A stretch of DNA of 64,000 bases. Origin: Lepidodermella squamata (lineage: Eukaryota; Animalia; Gastrotricha). Below, piece after piece: positions 12,066 through 25,430 of the stretch; within the stretch, counting starts at the first letter, position 1, and each line of letters begins with the position of its first letter. The position numbers and the translations under genes are program-made. The notes beneath the pieces were generated by a model, which did not search any database, was not told where the DNA came from, and worked only from the letters and a program-made list of their open reading frames with translations. The stretch covers positions 3,224,001 to 3,288,000 of the forward strand of contig JBLDXI010000017.1 of NCBI GenBank assembly GCA_047495785.1, written 5' to 3'.

Positions 12066-14214
12066 ATGAATAGAAATCATCTGGAAACGGACGCAGGTGG
12101 CGGTTCTAATAACGAGTGTTTGTCGAACGGCGATGCGCCAATTAAAATGGCGACATTGTCCCTGCCGTTGAACGGCAATGTGGAACCACACATACACAAA
12201 CGACATAGCTCGAACGTACACTCGCATCACGGCAACGATGCGAGTGACGGCGAAGATGCGCCAGAATCGCTGCGAATCCCGCGGTCGATGGGCCTACACC
12301 ATGCTATTGCCATGGTCATGGGCATCGTCATCGGCTCGGGAATTTTCGTTTCACCCGTCGGTGTGCTCAAATTCGCTGGGTCGTTCGGTGCCGCACTCCT
12401 CATCTGGGCTGGTTGCGGCTTCGTTGCCACTGTTGGCGGCCTTTGTTACATCGAGTTGGCCACAATGATTCAACTGTCAGGCGGTGATTATGCCTACATT
12501 TACCACGCCTTCGGACCACTTGTGTCTTTTCTGTACATCTGGGTGGTACTAGTTATCATATTGCCCTCGGCTATTGCTGTCCTAGCGCAGACGTTCTCGA
12601 TCTACCTCATCAGATCGATCCAGGAATCCGATACTTGCCCTCAAGGAGGTAATATCAACGACACTTGGGCGCCGACATACCTATCCCTTGTATGCGTCTG
12701 TAAGTCACTATCATTTTAATTATTAATAAATGTATAATAATTTTTGGTTTGGTTAGTCTTCCTGATAGCCATTAATACCTTGGAGACGAAATGGGCCAAC
12801 AGAGTTCAGTTTGTCTTCACCGGGGCTAAGGTGGCAGCTCTCGTGGCCATCATTGGCGTCGGTGTCTACAATTCGGTTGTAAACTATGCTGAGTTCAAAA
12901 ATATTTGGAGCACAGCATTCGAAGGTTCGTCATTAAGGCCAGCTGACTATGCACTCTCCTTTTACGTTGGAATCTTCTCATATTCTGGATGGTTTGTTTC
13001 TTGTGTTCTTCGTAAAATTATCAGATAGATCGTTTGAATTTTTACAGGAACAGCGTTACATACGTCACGGAGGAAATTAAGAAGCCTGAGAGGTAACTTT
13101 CATCATCCATGTTTATGATTTTATTGCTAGTCATTTCTAGAAACATGCCAAGAGCTATACTATTGGGACTTCCCCTAATCACTTTGTTCTACGTTGCTGT
13201 CAATATGGCATATTTCTCTTCACTAACTTTCAACGAACTTGTTTCCTCCGACGCCGTCGCTGTGGTAAGCTATATAAGAGCAGTTGTCTCGAAATTAGAA
13301 CCTATTTTTGGTTGATCAAGACTCTTGGCTCGAAAATCAGCCCAGTTTTAGGCCGACTCTTTTCGGCAGCTGTGATGTTGTCCACCTTCGGCGCCATCAA
13401 CGGTTGCATATTTGTGACCTCAAGGTAGAACACCGGTAACTCTTGATATGAAAAACGCTCAAAATCGGACATTTTCACTTAGACTTTTCTTCGTCGGGGC
13501 ACGAAGTGGATGCCTGCCTTCAGTGTTCGCCCTCATTCAACTTCAACGGAAAACGCCGATAACTGCACTCATTACCTTGGTTTGAGCGGAGCTTCTAAAA
13601 TATCACAAATTATTAATGTTACGGCTTATTTCCAATTTCAGGGTCTGCTGTCAGCAGTTTATATCATGCTCGGCTCATCGATTGAGCAGCTGATGAAGTA
13701 TGAATCTTTCGTTGAATTGTCTTTCATTGGGGTAACAATTGCCGGCTTGATGTATCTCCGTCGAAAGTGGCCGAAGAAACGACGACCTTTCAGGGTAATT
13801 TTGCTCAATTATTGCCACAATGCTCTTTAATCCCCAACTATTTAGGTTCCCCTCGCTCTGCCAATCATTTTCCTTGTTATTACAGCCTTCTTCATGATAA
13901 TTTCCCTCGCTTACTCAACCAGTGAATCGCTATGGGGCTTGAGCCTTATCGCGTCTGGAATTCCTGTATATTATTTGCAAATTCGAGCCAGAAAAAGCCA
14001 CTCTTGCAACCGAGTGGCAGCAAGTATCTACCTCTTTGCTCAAAAGCTGTTCCTGGCAGCGCCAGAGGAAGATGTACCGTCCAGCCCTCGCAAAAATCCA
14101 AATCGTCCTATGCCTCCGTCGACGCAAGTTAGCACGACAGCGGTGCCTCTGATTTCGGCCATTGTGCAAGCCGCCGATGACGAAAATTCCGTCTCAGAAG
14201 CAGATGCCCAGTGA
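12066..14214 (+). CDS. SLC7 (LAT/y+LAT/b0,+AT-type) amino acid transporter light chain, 8 exons
   Basis: IVIGSGIFVSP, CYIELATMIQLSGGDYAY, FSYSGWN, EEIKKPERNMPRAI; Cys in the TM3-4 loop (DTCP) at the heavy-chain disulfide position; GT-AG introns join the ORFs in frame. Confidence 0.92.
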
Positions 14215-16499
14215 GAAATTCTTACAAACCTATTTGAACCGGTCATTTACTCGTTAAGGCATTCCTGCCGTGTGATTGCAAATCTCGGTCTGGGACGATT
14301 TTGAAATATAGTTGAAACATTGTCGATATTAGCCAGAGGAGGGAGAAGAAGCCGATACATCCGAATTAGAAGGCCCTATCTTTCATGAGTCAAGTTTGAG
14401 CCAATTGAAGAAGTTATTAGGTGATGCCTTCTAATTCAGCAGTAAATCTATTAGGAAATTTAACAGTGCATATTCGATTAATCCTGAATTCTCCCATGTA
14501 TATGTTGAAAATTCTCAAAAAAAGTGTGAAGCTGCTCCCTTTTATTTATCGGCGCTTTCTGACAATGACGGCTACGTTTTTGTCCGGTGTTCCTTCTTTT
14601 TTTACTCAGATATTACGTAGCCCTTATAACATCCAGGATTTTATCACCTTGAAAGATATTCCTGATATTCATAAGAATTAATTGAATACATTGGCTGTTA
14701 GATTTCTTAGTCGTATCTCGCACAGGACGCAACTTATTCCCGGTTAGCTGCCTAACAGTGCGTACGTGTTCACCATAGAAGGCTCTGAGCATTCTCACAT
14801 CTCTCAATATCGGAGAGCCGTGAGAACTTGGTGATTTATGGATGAAATTTGTATGCCATGTCGTTGTTAGCTCGCGATTTTATTTAAAGAAATGCATATT
14901 CTTGATTTATTTTATCAGAACTTGAAAGATAATAAAGAAAGATGAGAGTTTATTCTTGTTTGAAGTTCAAGTTACGTATAGGTTGGTTGGACCTTCGTCT
15001 GAACCGCCACCTTACAATCGCAAGTCAATTGTACTGGCGCAGAATCGCTGATGTTACTAATCACCAATCAATAAGATTTGCACTAGCCCCGGTATCACTC
15101 GTCGAGTCTCGCATCATTCCGCATATTACTGTACTTTTACCCCACGTGAACTGAGAGTCGTTCAACGTTCCACGCGTAACAACAGACAATGATCAGATTC
15201 TGAGTAATCGGATTCATTATTTCTCTGCCGACTCCATGAGGGCTACATGAATGCCTTTGCCACGAACGAGACTTCAACTTTTAGAATTATAAATAGGTAA
15301 CTAATCGACATTCCAGGGTCCCGAAAGAGGCTTTCTCCTCCGACTGCCGCCGCTCATCGTCGCGAAAGAACAGTATTCCCTGCAGCAAAGTTAAGCGCAA
15401 ATAATTTAATTGAGAATTTAAATAAATATATATTAGTGTTTTAATAAATAATTTGCTGTAAACAGTATTTTAGAATTTCACCTTGAAGCTTATTTTGGCG
15501 GGAGTGCCGCCGGAGTGGGGGCCCGCCGAGCAGCGTTTTCGCCGTCGCTTCCAAGCCGCTGTTTGCCGCATTTCTTGCCACCCTTGGACGAAGGCTTGAA
15601 AGACTCGCTGAGACCACTTAACGCAACTAGAGACTAGAGCTATTCCACTTTGACACCAGGTTTCATAGGCGCAATTTTGCTTCATTTCGAAGACTTCGGA
15701 TATATGCCCAATACGCTCAAGCTCTCCCCTGCCGAAAATATGGGCACACTGGCTTTCTACCTTCTATTGAACGCATGTTTTGTAGTCGTTTGCCAGGTTC
15801 ATTCATCTGCTGCGTAATATATTGGGTCCAGTCTTCTCATTGTTTTTATTGTTGCGATATGCGATATTCGATATGCTTTTTTCGCGTTAGTTAACATTAT
15901 GCCTCAACGATTTTGACGAACTCTTATTGATACTTTATCTACACCGTAATGTTTGCTAACCACTATCGTTATTGCATGCCATGTGGCCATTTGATGTTAT
16001 ATTATTCTAGCTATATTGAAGAGAATTCGTTCCAAAAGAGCAAAATGAGATTAAGAGGGGAGGGCGGTTAGCGATGGCCTCAGTCAAGGAAAACTTAATC
16101 TTTAGGAGCTGGCGTCAATACCGTGCGCGCACCTGTTGAAACAGGGCTCGTTCTGGCAGCGTGACTATTGACTTGATTACTGATTGCGACCGTTTTAATC
16201 GGCGAGTAATTAAGATTAGAAACTATAGCACTTGGCACATGGATGGATGGATGGATTTATAAGCCCAATCGCCAGTTGCCCGACGATATGCTTGGGCATC
16301 AGTTTGAGAGTTTAGCACCCGAGGCACCGCGGTAGCGATGTTTTACACGGGCCAAGTGGCCATGGAAAATCAGGCTGATTTTTTGTCGCCCAACGTGTCC
16401 AACTATTATTCAGCTCTCCATATCACATATAACGGATTTTCATTTATGTGCTCATTTTGCTTTTTATTTTACCTAGGCACGTTAAATAATGTTTGCTTG

Positions 16500-18279
16500 A
16501 TGCGCTTTTCTACAAGATTGAGGCTTATTTTGCATCGTGAGTTTGCGTATAGGAATTTTTCCTCATTCGGAAGCATGCAGCCAACGAAGCAAAATCACGT
16601 TTCTTTCAAATTGGAAGATGGTCGTATCACTCCGCAATCCGCAGAAACGCCTTCTACTCGAGAACCTAGCCCAATACAGCCGGCAATCCAATACACCGGG
16701 AGAGTTTCAGTCGCAATTTTGATCATCGGTGACGAAATTTTGAAGGGCCAAGTTATGGACACGAACTCTCACTTTCTGTGCCAACGCATGGCTTCGTTAG
16801 GTGCGATCGTCAAAAAAATTGTGGTCGTTCCGGACAACAAAGAAGCTATTGCTGATGAGATAAAAAATCTAACCACAAAAGTGCGCTGGATTGTGACTGC
16901 TGGAGGAGTAGGTCCAACTCACGATGATATCACATACGAAGCTATTGCCAGCGCGTTTAACAAATCTCTTGAGAAAAATTCCGTTTTGGAAAGTATGGTC
17001 CGAAAGCACTTTATGAAACCGGCGGAATCAGAGCTCACATTTGCAGAAGAAAGGTTAACTCTTGTCCCAGAGGGCTCTACGATATTATTTGATGACCCAC
17101 GAACCTCTAAGTCTCCTGCAAAACTTGATTCCGGTATGCAAACGAATCTCAAATCTAGTGGTTTTCCTGTTGTGAAAACCAAGAATGTGTTGATCCTTCC
17201 CGGCATTCCAATATTGCTACAAAAAGCATTCAATGCTATTGGACATCTGTTTGAAAGCGAAGATGGCGCATTATTACATCGTTGTATTTACGTGACGATA
17301 GACGAGCTGAGCTTTGCCGAACTTTTAACTCGCGTGGCTGAATCTTGCAAGTCATCAGTTATCATCGGATCATATCCCGACTGGACCAATAATTACTATC
17401 GCGTTAAAATAACTTTCGAGTCCGCTGATAATGATGCACTGGAATCGGCCATGTCCGCGTTCATTTCAGAAATGCCGCCCAACACAACCATTTTGGACCG
17501 GGACTTGCCTGGAGATGTAATTGGAGAAGCTGAAGATAGAGTCTACAACTTCTCTCATCCCTCGGCGGAACTTTGTGCCAAAGTTGCACATGCTCGCGAA
17601 ATAACTGAAAATGTAGTAAGGCAGTATGGCATTGACGGAATAGCCATTTGTTTTACTGGTGGCAAAGATTGCACCGTTGTCTTGCACATTTTATACGCGG
17701 TCATCAAGCGTTTATTCCCAAATAAGCCCTCTCATCTGCTTGCAATGCAACTGTCTACCTTTGAGCCGTTCGCGGAGGTCGACAGATTTATTGCTGAGAC
17801 GAAGAACCATTATGGATTTCAGTTTGAGTCTTACGTTGGTTCAGGAATGAAGGAATCTTTGAACAAATTTGTCGATGAACATCCTCTGGTAAGATGACAG
17901 CTTCAAAAACTGCAATTTTGTTAATATTTTGATTGATCTGCAGATCAAGGCAGTGTTTATGGGTACACGCCGAAATGATCCAAGTGCTTCGAAGCTTGCC
18001 TTTGTGCAGAAAACCGATCCGGGCTGGCCGGAACTTATGCGGGCGTCGCCAATTTTAGACTGGTCGTATTCTGATGTTTGGACCTTCATTCGACATTTGC
18101 ACTTGCCTTACTGTTCGCTATATGATCGCGGGTACACCTCACTTGGCAACCCAAGTAGCACTCATCCGAATCGCCTTCTGCTGATGAAATCGCCCAGTGG
18201 ACTACTCCGCTACCGCCCCGCTTACGAGCTTGAAGATGAGTCAACCGAGCGATCTGGTCGTGATACCCCGAAATTATAA
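16500..18279 (+). CDS. FLAD1: FAD synthase (molybdopterin-binding/CinA-like plus PAPS-reductase-like domains), 2 exons
   Basis: IIGDEILKGQVMDTNSHFL, GGVGPTHDDIT, FTGGKDCTV, MGTRRNDP, LYDRGYTSLG; intron about 17889-17943; start at 16500 inferred from the upstream acceptor. Confidence 0.93.
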
Positions 18280-18541
18280 ATGTAAAACCATTATGTGTGG
18301 AACCTTTTATTGTGGGTGCCCGTTTTGTTTTCTTCTGAGTGAAAGTATTTTTTTGTCTTGATAAATGTTGAGACTAAAATCGCAGAACTGCTCTCATCTT
18401 TCATGGCAATCGATTGTTTTGACTGTACCACGTATTGTTGAATTAGCTGAAGCTATTTTAAATCATGGAATATACTTATTGAAATCAAATTGAATAAAAG
18501 TAAATATTTATGCCTAATTCGATCAGTAGAATTTTAACGCG

Positions 18542-21500
18542 ATGTCCCGAGGCGGCGGAGGTAATCGGGGAAGAGGAGGGTGGTCTGGCTATCGGCGGCC
18601 TTGGGGCCGAGGTAGGGGTAATCGCGGCGGAAATAACAATCAAGCCGGTCGCGGTAGGGGCCGCGGCGCTGCAGCCCAACCTATCGGCGACGAAGGCTTT
18701 GAAAACGATATGCTGCAGAACGACGATAATTTGAACGAAAACGCAGAAGATAACGAGAATATTGTAAACGGCAATGATGCCAGACGCCAATTTCAAAAAC
18801 GAAACCGTGGCAGGCGGGGTGGTAACAATGGCCCGGGCTCAGCTGTTAATCGTCAAGATTCAAGCAGCAGCAGCGACGATGATGATCCCGCTCCCCGGGG
18901 AAAGCGTGCCAAGTTGAAACACTGCTGCCCCGATTGGTCCGACTATTTACCTGCTACCAAGTACAAAAAAGGGTGCTACGCTGAGAAAGCTATGAACGCG
19001 TTTACAATCTATCTTAAAAAGCATAATGAATGGAAAAAATCAGCTCTTCAATCCGGTTATTTTTTCGTCGATTTCGAAGCCGTGACGTCGGATCCAGACA
19101 TCACGGCTGACGAGGCACTGGGGCCTAGTTTCGCCACCACCTTCAAGGACAATCCTACCGACATTCTCGGCGCGATTGGCTTGGCAGGTCATCAAATTTT
19201 GATGGCTGAGCGCAATATTGAGATGACGGTTTCCAACAAGAACCAGGCCATCTGCGAAGGAACTTACCCCCTGATGGCTCGGCTTATTAACTTCGCCAGT
19301 CCTATGCCATTCAGAACCCTCCATGCCGATTCGTACGCTCGGCTGGCGACTGTTTGCGGTACAGTTGTTCGAATGTCATCTATTCGACCTACTTGCGTAG
19401 AACTAGGTTAATTTTATTCCTTAACTTCGTTAATTTCGAGCCTTATCTCTTATCTCTTAATTTTAGCATTCAAATGTCTCGGCTGCGGCAAAGAAACTTC
19501 GATTCCGTATGGTGAAAGTGCGGGCGTTGGTGACAAAACTCAGCCGACGAAATGCCGACCGGTTGATGGCACGAGCCGGTGTTTAGGGCGCACGTTTGTC
19601 GCCTGTCCGCATTCGCCAAACACGTTATACGTCGACTCGCGAACAATCCGCATTCAGGAGGTGACCAACAGCGACGATGAAGCCCGCGACGCTATTCCCC
19701 GCTGCATCGATGTCGAACTGCAACGAGAACTCGCAGACCGGTGTTCGCCTGGTGACGTCATAACCGTTTGCGGAATCGTTCGCTTACGACCAGCCAAAGA
19801 AAACTCTGGTCGAGCAGTTGACGACAGTAGTGAATTCAAGCTCTACATTGATGCCAACTCATTGAAACACCACTCCGACGCTGCCGCAGCTCAATCCGGG
19901 GTAACGTCGAGCCAACAGCAAGATATTGCTGGCCATGATCAAAACAAACAGCTGTTCTCAGAATCAGATCTCGAGGCTTTTCGCGAAATCAAATCCGACC
20001 GAAATGTGTTCCGTCTCCTCGTTCAATCGCTGTGTCCCGAAATTTACGGTCACGAACTCATTAAAGCTGGTACGGTTCAAAACTTTATAAAATTTGCATG
20101 TTTTGAATGCTGTTTCAGGTCTTGTTTTGGCGCTATTTGCCGGTCGTACAGAAGGAAATTCTCAGTCTCATGCGCCGGATTCGCAGGCTACAACTGTAAT
20201 GTCTGATTCAGCATCTGGCGAGGAAACGATGAACCCGACTGCATCTCACCATGCCACCCGACCGAATATCCACGTCCTGCTGGTCGGTGACCCCGGTCTC
20301 GGCAAAAGCCAATTGTTGCGATCACTCAGCGACTGCGCTCCCCGCGTTGTCTACGTCTGCGGCAGCTCAGCTTCGGTAGCTGGTCTCGGCGTGGCTGTCA
20401 ACCGAGACCGCTCAACCCTACAAGCCGGCGCCCTTGTCCTAGCCGATCGCGGCATTTGCTGCATCGACGAGTTGGACAAAATGGGCGGGCAAGAGGCCGT
20501 TTTGCTCGAGGTCATGGAGCAGCAGACGTTGAGTGTTGCCAAGGCTGGTTTCGTCTGCAGTCTGCCCGCGCGTTGCTCGATCATAGCTGCGGCTAACCCT
20601 CACGGCGGTCGCTACAACCACGAGCGGTCAGTTGCCGAAAACATTCGACTACCCGGCGCCGGGGCGTTGCTGTCTCGTTTCGACTTGGTTTTCTGCATTT
20701 TGGACCAGCATGACGTCGAACACGATCGAATGCTTTCCGAACACGTCATTGCTGCCTACGGCAATGTAGATAAAAGTATCTAAATTTTCTCGAGGGTTGT
20801 TTTTATTCAAAGCAAAATATCCTTTAGGTAAAAACGGGCGAGCTTCAGCGTCGTTTCATGCGAATACGATGTCTTCGCAATGCTTGTCTCAACCTGGCGG
20901 AAAAGCTTTGCAACGCCGGCTGATGGCGACAGAAGAGCTCGATATTCTACCGCATTCACTGTTTCGAAAATACGTTAACTACGCTATTCAAACCGTTCAA
21001 CCAAAGTTGACGCCAAAGGCGGCAGTTTTGCTCAAGGTCCGAATTTTCGATTTCTCTCTTCAAAAGATGCCTAATTTATTTGCTCTAGAATTATTATCTG
21101 GATATGCGGCAGAAGGCTTCGGCGTTTGCAGATGCGCCAATCACTACGCGCCAGTTGGAAAGCATGATTCGGCTAGCGGAATGCCGAGCTCGCCTTGAGC
21201 TCCGCGAGGATGTGACTGATAGCGACGCTCGAGACGTAATTGACCTAATGACCGGAACCCTGGCTGATGTTTTTGCCAACAAAACCGGAGATCTGGTCCA
21301 GGTTCGTTCAAGCGGCGGGGGTACGGCGAGTCGGCAAACTGTTGCGAAACGGCTCGTGCCGCTTCTTCAGAAGTACTGCGAGCAAAATGGGTCGAACGCT
21401 TTATCTTCCGATGATATCGCTGTCGCAGCTGGTCCTATGCGGCTTGCCAAGGATAAATTAGCAGAGGCCATCGAGCTTCTCAACTCTCAAGGTTACGTCA

Positions 21501-21544
21501 TCAAACGAAATGGCAAATACCAATTTCAATCCTCTACTTTCTAA
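18542..21544 (+). CDS. MCM8: DNA helicase MCM8, 5 exons
   Basis: RG-rich N-terminus, C4 zinc finger, SLCPEIYGHELIKAG, Walker A GDPGLGKSQ, Walker B IDELDKM, arginine finger SRFD, ITTRQLESMIRL. Confidence 0.9.
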
Positions 21545-21744
21545 CGCATTATTATTTTATTGATTGGTTGGATACAAAATAGTAAAACTGCTATTATCGA
21601 AAATGTTGAGTTTTATTGTCAGATCGAATTTCGGTTAGAAAAAATCATCATTTGAGGCAGGATAAGACTTGAAAATAAACATGCAAAAACTGCAACAAGG
21701 TCCAAACTCATCACAATGAGAGATATAAATGGTCATAAGGAGAA

Positions 21745-23077
21745 TCATATAACATATGGCAGGATGGATTCTGCCGGGTTGTTGGCCAATAAGGATTCGA
21801 GGGGCTTCATAGCGATGAATTCGAGAACGCAAGGAGGCAGTTCAAGACTGTAGGTCTTCCGAGATACATTACGGCCGAGACATCGCCGAATAACGTTGCG
21901 ACACTGTATTTGGAGGGCGAGCGGCCGAATTTGAGCAAGTGGCAGCAGTCTGACCCAAGGTTGAACCTTGCTACGAGTATAATTCGTCTCTTCCAGAGCG
22001 GCGGCTAGATGCTGCCGATCAACGCCGGCGTAAATGAGAGCGACAGCGTATGCGAATTCGTTATTCCTTAAAAAATAAAAATAAAATTAGCATAATGTCG
22101 CATATTCTATCAAAATAGCTTACATGACAGCAAGGTAAAGAGGGCTAACAGTAGAACGCGGACTGCGAGGAATCTCACAGCTTTCCAGTAAAATAGTAAC
22201 TAAAGAGGCGAACTGCTTGTGGTGAAGGGTCAACGCGAGAATAGACAGCCCATTTTGATCGAAAACAGCTATTTCAGCGCCAACTGCAAGCAAGGCTTTC
22301 ACCGAGGAAACGTGACCTTGGATCGCCGAATAAGTCAGCGCTGTGTGGCCAAATAGGTCTTTGATGTTTGGATCCTTAGTTTTCGTTGCCATCAAATCCA
22401 CAGCGCGGTCGAAGCCTTCGATGCAAGCCGCCATGAGTGGGGTGGAACCGGATGAAAAATCAACCGTGTCAGTCGAAGCGCCGGCCTCCAGCAGCATCGA
22501 CACGCCAATGGCCGACTTCGCCGCGTAAAACAGCGGAGTCCGACCCAATTCATCCGCAATGTTTACGGAGGCGCCGAGGTGTAGTAGCCTTCGAATCACT
22601 GACGTGTCGTTACATTTCGCGGCAACAACCAATGGCGGTGGTCCACTTCCGCCGGCGTTGGGATCAGCGTTGTTTTCCAAGAGCTTCAACGCGCACTCCG
22701 TAGAATTATTCAAAATAGCAACTGTTAAGGCGGTTCGGCCCGACGGATCAAGTGCATTCGCAGTGCATATTCCGGTTTTCAGCACCAATTCGACAGCTTC
22801 AGGAAAATCGTCTATAAGAAGAAAGAATGGAATTGTTTGAACTTGATTTGGCACAGAGCTTTCACTCACTTTTTATCGACAGGAAAAGTAGGTTCATATT
22901 GCAAGAAAGAATGTGCTCCTTGTCAGCATTATCAAGCACCGCTTTGAGTATAAGAAAGTTTTTCTTCTCAATAGACCTAATCAACAGCTCTTTGATTGAG
23001 TTCGGTCTGCGGTGAATGATGTCATGGACATAGCCGTTGACCAAAACCGGCGATGATAAGGTCGTCAAATAGTCCAT
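21745..23077 (-). CDS. Ankyrin repeat and SOCS box protein (ASB-like), 3 exons
   Basis: Several ankyrin repeats (GRTAL, GRTPL, GSTPL, GHTAL); last exon, absent from the ORF track, reads PLALQIQCRNVIRRCL...LELPPCVLEFI, a SOCS box. Confidence 0.85.
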
Positions 23078-23172
23078 ACCCACAGTGTAAATTCAAGTCA
23101 TTGTAATAATTCAACTACAAAAAATGGAAATATGGCTGTTAAATGAACTCATTTTTAAAACCGCAACAAATT

Positions 23173-24321
23173 TCAATTGTGAGATTGAGTATTTTCAGCG
23201 ATAACCGGATTTTCAGAGGCAGCTAAGCTGGCTTGAGCTGCCGCTTTTTCGGCTCCCTTGAGGACGAGCTCGTAGAAGGCCACGCCTAAAAGAAAGGCTA
23301 TGTTAAAGCTTTCGCGTTCGATATCACCGACTTGGCGATACCGAGCCAATGCGCTCGGATTAATTTCAACAGTGAATTGCTCAGGTGGACTGCTCGCTTC
23401 GGTTGCATCTCCGACGGTTTCAATCGGCCGCCTTTCGATAGCGGATTCGACTATACGATGTCCGGAAACTCGCTCGTTTCCAATCGAGAGTCCAAATAGA
23501 CGGGTCACAGCAGACGGGCGCAATTTGAAAACCCTATGGAGCTGTTGATGAGCATTATATGTTTGAGCGTTCAGCAGCGTTAATAGCACTGTCTCTGCAA
23601 CGGTTTGATTCACGACAAGCGGCATAAATTTGAGGCTTGGACACCGCATTCTCTTGAATTCTGCGATGTAGCAGTCAACGTTATTAGGCAAATGTTTCTG
23701 GACAACTTCGCACATTTTTTCATGCAAAGTGGCATGAGAATGTTTGGTGGCGACGAAAGGAGTTTCCAAAAACTGGGTGCGATTCCAATCATTCACGATT
23801 AAGGTACTGTTCGGCTTGGAAAGGTCTCGATGCATAGAACACCAAGTCACTTGGTTTTGCCCAACGTCCAGAGCAGCAAACGAGCCGATGGAGAGTGCTC
23901 GGTTTAACGGCAATCTTGGAATACAGCCGGATAGAGACGCGCTGTACTTTTTGTCCACATCTTCAGCTGAATCGTCCATCATCTCATCGCCCAGCAAATG
24001 TCGACACAATTTCTCGGCAAGAGTATGGCCAACTCCGGTGATCTTCAAGACGTCGGAAACTTTGCGGAAACCACCCAAGCTATCACGCCAGCGACAGAGC
24101 GATATCGCTTTTGCCACGCTGACCAGCTCTGTTTTGGCAAACTCGTCAGCCGACATCGAATTCAAAAGGGTCAGAATAGTTTTTGTCTGCTCGTCATCGA
24201 AGCCGGAATCGATATCGTTTTTTATTTTATCTGATGAAAGGCCTCGCACGATATGCACAACACGAAGGTTGTTTAACGCTTCGCTTAGCAAAGCCTTACT
24301 TCTCATAAGAGCCAGGATCAT
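23173..24321 (-). CDS. TEFM: Mitochondrial transcription elongation factor
   Basis: Basic presequence-like N-terminus, helix-hairpin-helix (GGFRKVSDVLKITGVG), RuvC-like domain with VTRLFGLSIGNERVSG; intronless. Confidence 0.85.
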   Translation of the reverse strand: MILALMRSKALLSEALNNLRVVHIVRGLSSDKIKNDIDSGFDDEQTKTILTLLNSMSADEFAKTELVSVAKAISLCRWRDSLGGFRKVSDVLKITGVGHTLAEKLCRHLLGDEMMDDSAEDVDKKYSASLSGCIPRLPLNRALSIGSFAALDVGQNQVTWCSMHRDLSKPNSTLIVNDWNRTQFLETPFVATKHSHATLHEKMCEVVQKHLPNNVDCYIAEFKRMRCPSLKFMPLVVNQTVAETVLLTLLNAQTYNAHQQLHRVFKLRPSAVTRLFGLSIGNERVSGHRIVESAIERRPIETVGDATEASSPPEQFTVEINPSALARYRQVGDIERESFNIAFLLGVAFYELVLKGAEKAAAQASLAASENPVIAENTQSHN

Positions 24322-24789
24322 TCTAAAAAAATCTACAATTCCAAATCTCTGGACCGTTACACAAAGCGATAATAGTTGACCAATAAGCCGAGTACATAGT
24401 CATTGAAGTGGATAAGGAAACACAGCCACGGCCAGCTATTTCAATGTAAAAAAAAACGCCAAAAAACCTTATTCATAATTTGGGAACAATGTAAAAAACG
24501 ACCTCTTTACGATTTACGAAGAAGGATCTGAAATCCGAGAAAGCAATAAAGGAGGAGTAGCAGAGATCAGAGATCCAGCGTAGAACATTCAAATATGATT
24601 TATCATTCAAAACATGAGCCTCGCTTTAACCTCCAACAGCTTAAATTGAATATTGAATGAGTCAAGCGTAAGGACAGTATTTTTTCATATGCACATCGGC
24701 ACACAACGAAGACATCGGCTCGGCCAATTGGTCAATGATATCGCATTTCAGAAGACTTGAGTCTAGAAGTTAGAGAAGAGCTAGAGCTA

Positions 24790-25000
24790 GTCTAGAGACT
24801 GGAGATGAAGGAAAAAGAAAGTTTTAACACAAGTAATAGACCTGCGGAAATAAGCGCTACAGAATACACTTTTTGGCGTTGAGGATGTGAGATCCTTCGA
24901 ACGAGAAGGCCGTAACTCCTTCACCCAAAAGAACTGGAAAACTTCAACAAGGCAAAGAGGCAAAATGGGACAAGCTTACGCACTGTCATTGGATGAATGA
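24790..25000 (+). mobile_element. Possible decayed RTE-type LINE 3' end
   Basis: Reads NWKTSTRQRGKMGQAYALSLDE* followed by tgaatgaat, resembling RTE ORF termini; no TSD found. Confidence 0.3.
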
Positions 25001-25430
25001 ATTATTGCAGTCATTATATCGGAAAATATTAGATCGGCTACTCAAAAACATTGCGAGTAATTTGAGTACATACTCGCATCACAGGCAAATATTTTTGAAC
25101 CAATTTTTATGGCGGAACACTTGGAAACCCTCAAGGATCCAAGGAAGCTGTGAAAGTGGTGCAGGAGATGGAGTCCTGGAAACCTCTTCTGAGAGTTCTG
25201 AGTTCTGAGTTGCTGAGTTGCTGTTATAATCGTTAAAAAAATTTATTTACTAAATCCACTGCTATTGCTACTGTCTTGAACTAAAGGTTATAGGTTACTT
25301 ATATACTAAATCCACCCTGCTGCTTCTTTAAGGGCCAGCGGTGTTATTCGTTACACTCACGTTGCACTCATGCGCGGCGTATCGCAATAAGGCAACAATT
25401 AAATTTCTTGAAAATCGGGAGTTTTTTAGA

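Noticed and set aside
16338-16499. Longer FLAD1 N-terminus in the ORF track
   Set aside because: Runs through a polypyrimidine tract and acceptor (tttttattttacctag), so it is intron/outron sequence
23744-24379. 211-aa plus-strand ORF and similar antisense ORFs over known genes
   Set aside because: Shadow frames of real CDSs with no motifs
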